28,930 nt of DNA from a virus (taxonomy: Duplodnaviria > Caudoviricetes), in IMG/VR virus record IMGVR_UViG_3300008255_000378, positions 1 through 28,930 of that record, one strand, 5' to 3'. The notes under the pieces were generated by a model that was given only the letters and a program-made list of their open reading frames with translations, was not told the origin of the DNA and did not search any database. The position numbers were made by a program, and so were the translations under genes. This document shows positions 26,180 through 28,930 of the stretch, in pieces. Each line of letters begins with the position of its first letter. Positions within the stretch are counted from its first letter, which is position 1.

Positions 26180-26382
26180 TATTTTCCCAATTTCACTAAT
26201 GCTTGGTATTTCTCCCAAGCGGTTCTTACAGCCGGAATCTGGTCCGGCTTTATCATCAACTGACAGATCAGATCATTAAAAACAAATGGAGGACCGCTTA
26301 TTACCCAACCATCTTCAAGTGCATCATTTACTTTTTCTGACAATTGATATGAATATCTCTCAGATATTAAATCGTATTCGAT
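26179..26382 (-). CDS. DUF1737-like paralogue with the AWEKYQ tag and a non-canonical ATC start (not in the ORF track)
   Basis: AGGAG-aataaa-ATC GAA TAC.. gives xEYDLISERYSYQLSEKVNDALEDGWVISGPPF..IPAVRTAWEKYQALVKLGK*, with an in-frame TAG just upstream. Confidence 0.72.
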   Translation of the reverse strand: MEYDLISERYSYQLSEKVNDALEDGWVISGPPFVFNDLICQLMIKPDQIPAVRTAWEKYQALVKLGK

Positions 26383-26383
26383 T

Positions 26384-26842
26384 TTATTCTCCTAAATATA
26401 CCGTGACAGTATCAATATCGAAACAAATTTCGACAAGATTTTCAATCAAAGTCCAATTACCTCCGCCGAGGCCAGCACCTATCTTTGGCATTGCAACAGA
26501 TTTTCCTGTTTTTTTGGCAAACCCAGATATCGATGTGAATGCCTTTCGAACTGCATCATAATCAACATATCGCTTTTTGTCTCTACCGTAAAATTCTTGC
26601 GTAATGGCATTCGCAATCAATTTTCCCTCTGGAGTCGTGTACCAAATTACTTCGCCGAGCGCTAACCCCCGTTCATCATAAGCTTCCCGGTAAACCTCGA
26701 ATGCACCAGGCCATTTGTCTCGAATAGCTTTCGCGACTCCTGATCCCATAACGCCTTGTGCGTTACATCCGTGAACGATAATATCTTCAACGGCGGCTGT
26801 CACGTCACCTTCGGTATAACCGATTGCGAATCCATTTGTCAT
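26384..26842 (-). CDS. Macrodomain protein (ADP-ribose binding or hydrolase)
   Basis: EGDV, IVHGCNAQGVMGSGVAKAIR, IANAITQ and AMPKIGAGLGGGNW. Confidence 0.92.
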   Translation of the reverse strand: MTNGFAIGYTEGDVTAAVEDIIVHGCNAQGVMGSGVAKAIRDKWPGAFEVYREAYDERGLALGEVIWYTTPEGKLIANAITQEFYGRDKKRYVDYDAVRKAFTSISGFAKKTGKSVAMPKIGAGLGGGNWTLIENLVEICFDIDTVTVYLGE

Positions 26843-26855
26843 CCTTTACCCTCTC

Positions 26856-26993
26856 TCAAATATTTCCAAAGTTCAATATAAAATTAAATGTGCGATCCGG
26901 GACAATCAACCGGTTAATTGTTTTTACCTTTGATCGAATATCAATAAGCACAACGGGTCTAATTCTCAGAATGCTATCCTTTATTGATTTCAT
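26856..26993 (-). CDS. Small ORF (45 aa)
   Basis: ATGA-coupled to the topoisomerase stop and fills the gap to the macrodomain RBS; MKSIKDSILRIRPVVL.. Confidence 0.4.
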   Translation of the reverse strand: MKSIKDSILRIRPVVLIDIRSKVKTINRLIVPDRTFNFILNFGNI

Positions 26994-28363
26994 CGCTCAA
27001 TTTCAAATTTCTGCGCTTTGAGAGCAGCGACTTCCTGTTTGAAAATATCTCGGATGCCAGCTGGTTTAGCCAGCAGAGTTTGGTACTTCTTGATGCTGGC
27101 TTCGAGCTCTTTAATACGATCCTGTACCACCTTATACCGATCCTTCGCCCAATGATACGAAGGTGTTCCCGAAATTCTATCAACTTGCGAATCATCGATC
27201 TTGCAACCCTTCGTAATTTTACGAATAACCGACATAACCTCATTTTTATCTTTCGCTTTGATAAGTTCAGACGGAAATCCTTTATCGAAACAAAGTTTGA
27301 CTGCTCTCCAAAATTCAAGCTCATACGAATCGTCCTTTAGGAATTTTTCAAATCGTTTGACATAGAACCCAAACCGAACCTCAACAAATTCTTTGATAAG
27401 CTGTTCGGCTGACTCGAATTGTCGAATAGATTTATTATCCCAATCTACAGCAACAATACGTTCGGTCTTTCGACTTGTCAATTTAAGTGTTTTGATAATC
27501 CAATCCGGAGTTTTATCACTTAGGGTTCCTCTGGGAAAATCAATTTCGATATTAATGTGATCTGTGCTGTGATCTGTAAATGATCGAATAATTTTTTGAT
27601 CCTCGAGTTGAATCAACCGATCCTTGAATTTTTCAAGTGGAAGATCTGGCGGCAACTCTTCGACTTCACAAGTTGATGAGTTGACAATTTTAACCTTGCC
27701 TTGAAATTCCCACGAGTTACCTTCGATTTTGTTAACCACACAATCCAAATATTGATATTTGGGAGTTAGGAATTTGAAACGCTTCCCTTCAATCGCTGAA
27801 ATTGTGGCATGGATCAAATCATCAAGTGATCTTGGTAAAATTTCAGTTGACCAACCAACGGCGATACCAGAAATACCATTCAATAGAACCGTTGGAATCA
27901 CTGGCAGAAAATGCAACGGTTCTTCAGTTGATCCATCATAATTTTCTTGCATAGGGATGATATCTCTATCGATATAGAGAATCTGCTCAGCTGCTTTGGC
28001 TCTTTTCACATAGGTATATCGCGGTGCGGCAAACGCCTTGGGATTCACCTTTGTACCAAAAGTTCCGATACCAGTAATCCACGGTATGTTATTTGAAAAC
28101 GGTGCCGCCAAAAGAGAAATCGTGTCTGACATACTGCCATCACCATGAACATAGAGTCCTCGAGAAATGGTCTCACCGGAAAGACTCACCGTCTTAATTT
28201 CTCCAGCTTTGCTCATCATCAAGAACAATGCTTTACGCTGGGCCGATTTCAATCCATCAATTGCTTTCGGTATCGCACGCTGCTCACCAACATACAACGA
28301 GTACTCTTTGCTCGAGTCATTTATATGCTCTGAAGTTTCGACTTGAATTAAATATTCTTTCAT
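26990..28363 (-). CDS. DNA topoisomerase II medium subunit (T4 gp52 / GyrA-like)
   Basis: RAIP..IDGLK..QRK, YVHGD, catalytic AAPRYT, EP..FLPVIP.VLLNG..GIAVGW and EELP. Confidence 0.95.
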   Translation of the reverse strand: MKEYLIQVETSEHINDSSKEYSLYVGEQRAIPKAIDGLKSAQRKALFLMMSKAGEIKTVSLSGETISRGLYVHGDGSMSDTISLLAAPFSNNIPWITGIGTFGTKVNPKAFAAPRYTYVKRAKAAEQILYIDRDIIPMQENYDGSTEEPLHFLPVIPTVLLNGISGIAVGWSTEILPRSLDDLIHATISAIEGKRFKFLTPKYQYLDCVVNKIEGNSWEFQGKVKIVNSSTCEVEELPPDLPLEKFKDRLIQLEDQKIIRSFTDHSTDHINIEIDFPRGTLSDKTPDWIIKTLKLTSRKTERIVAVDWDNKSIRQFESAEQLIKEFVEVRFGFYVKRFEKFLKDDSYELEFWRAVKLCFDKGFPSELIKAKDKNEVMSVIRKITKGCKIDDSQVDRISGTPSYHWAKDRYKVVQDRIKELEASIKKYQTLLAKPAGIRDIFKQEVAALKAQKFEIER

Positions 28364-28930
28364 TTACTTCCTTTTTGGGAATCCTCGCAGCCAGCCTGCC
28401 GGAATTTCATCTTCTACTGCAACAAATGATATTTTATTTGTCAACGGATCAAAACAACCAATTTTTCCCTCCGTTCCACTATATGGTTGACCTTTAATCC
28501 ATCCTTTGGGTGGTTTTTTATTACTGGGGAGCCGTTTCATTTCTCCAGTCTTCGGGTTATAAAATCCAACATACCCTTTTAGATTAGCCGATTTCTTTTG
28601 AATCAATTTCAAACCAGGTTCAGTTTTCTTCCAACCATTTGGTATTTCATTTCTTGGAAACTTTTTTCGAATATCAGTATTCTCGACTAAACAACACCAT
28701 ACTTTTTTATTCGATTTGAATTGGCCGAAGCCGCGGATCCAACCATTCGGAATTTCGCTTTCTTCAGTTACCATAGTCATTTCTACCGGATTATGGCAAT
28801 AAAATTTTCCTTTCTGCTTTCCGTTGCCCTTCAGCCAGCCTTCTGGAATTTTATCCTCTTTAGAAATCAAAACGGTATTTTTCGGGTTATTTTTATCATA
28901 TATCCACATAGTTCCTGCAGTTGCAGCATA
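28364..28930 (-). CDS. C-terminal repeat region of a probable homing endonuclease (5' end outside the window)
   Basis: The frame is open to the right edge and holds five units ending [IP]PxGWx[KR]G-like; no catalytic domain is visible. Confidence 0.6.
   Translation of the reverse strand, partial: YAATAGTMWIYDKNNPKNTVLISKEDKIPEGWLKGNGKQKGKFYCHNPVEMTMVTEESEIPNGWIRGFGQFKSNKKVWCCLVENTDIRKKFPRNEIPNGWKKTEPGLKLIQKKSANLKGYVGFYNPKTGEMKRLPSNKKPPKGWIKGQPYSGTEGKIGCFDPLTNKISFVAVEDEIPAGWLRGFPKRK
28376..28909 (-). repeat. Five degenerate 30-45 aa protein repeats
   Basis: IPEGWLKG, IPNGWIRG, IPNGWKKT, PPKGWIKG and IPAGWLRG. Confidence 0.85.

Noticed and set aside
146-28497. Many plus-strand ORFs in the track, such as 146-388, 542-829, 4020-4487, 8029-8523, 11584-11970 and 25241-25648
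   Set aside because: They are antisense shadows of well-supported minus-strand genes and show no recognisable motifs.
1-28930. Stop-codon reassignment, CRISPR arrays, rRNA/tRNA genes or IS elements
   Set aside because: Conserved genes are full length in the standard code and end in TAA, TAG or TGA; no repeat-spacer arrays, RNA genes or transposase motifs were seen.

Overview
This is a gene-dense segment of a large T4-related (jumbo-type) dsDNA phage genome, read in the standard genetic code. Almost all genes are on the minus strand; the terminase is on the plus strand. From left to right it holds a truncated late gene, the terminase large subunit split into two ORFs by an atypically split intein (36 aa N-half, 107 aa C-half), RNase H/5'-3' exonuclease, an ASCH-like protein and dCMP deaminase. 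Next is a 7-deazaguanine DNA-modification region: queE, folE, a QueD-paralogue with an LxxxHRHxF motif and a DpdA/TGT-fold transglycosylase, interleaved with two GT-B glycosyltransferases, GMP reductase and a purine phosphoribosyltransferase. Further right are a probable sliding clamp, a MazG-like protein and a family B DNA polymerase broken by a second, cysteine-free split intein. The gap between the polymerase halves holds an uncalled, decayed Vsr-like homing endonuclease relic containing a near-consensus sigma70 promoter. The window ends with DsbA-like, Rmf-like and macrodomain genes, the topoisomerase II GyrA-like subunit and the repeat tail of a probable homing endonuclease. The main candidates for undescribed biology are (1) a shared C-terminal tag, AW[EK]K[YF][QE]-x7-stop, on five small proteins, most of them otherwise unrelated; (2) a possible glycosylated deazaguanine modification with guanine recycling; and (3) the two split inteins with the endonuclease relic. 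All family calls come from motif recognition by eye; no searches were run.
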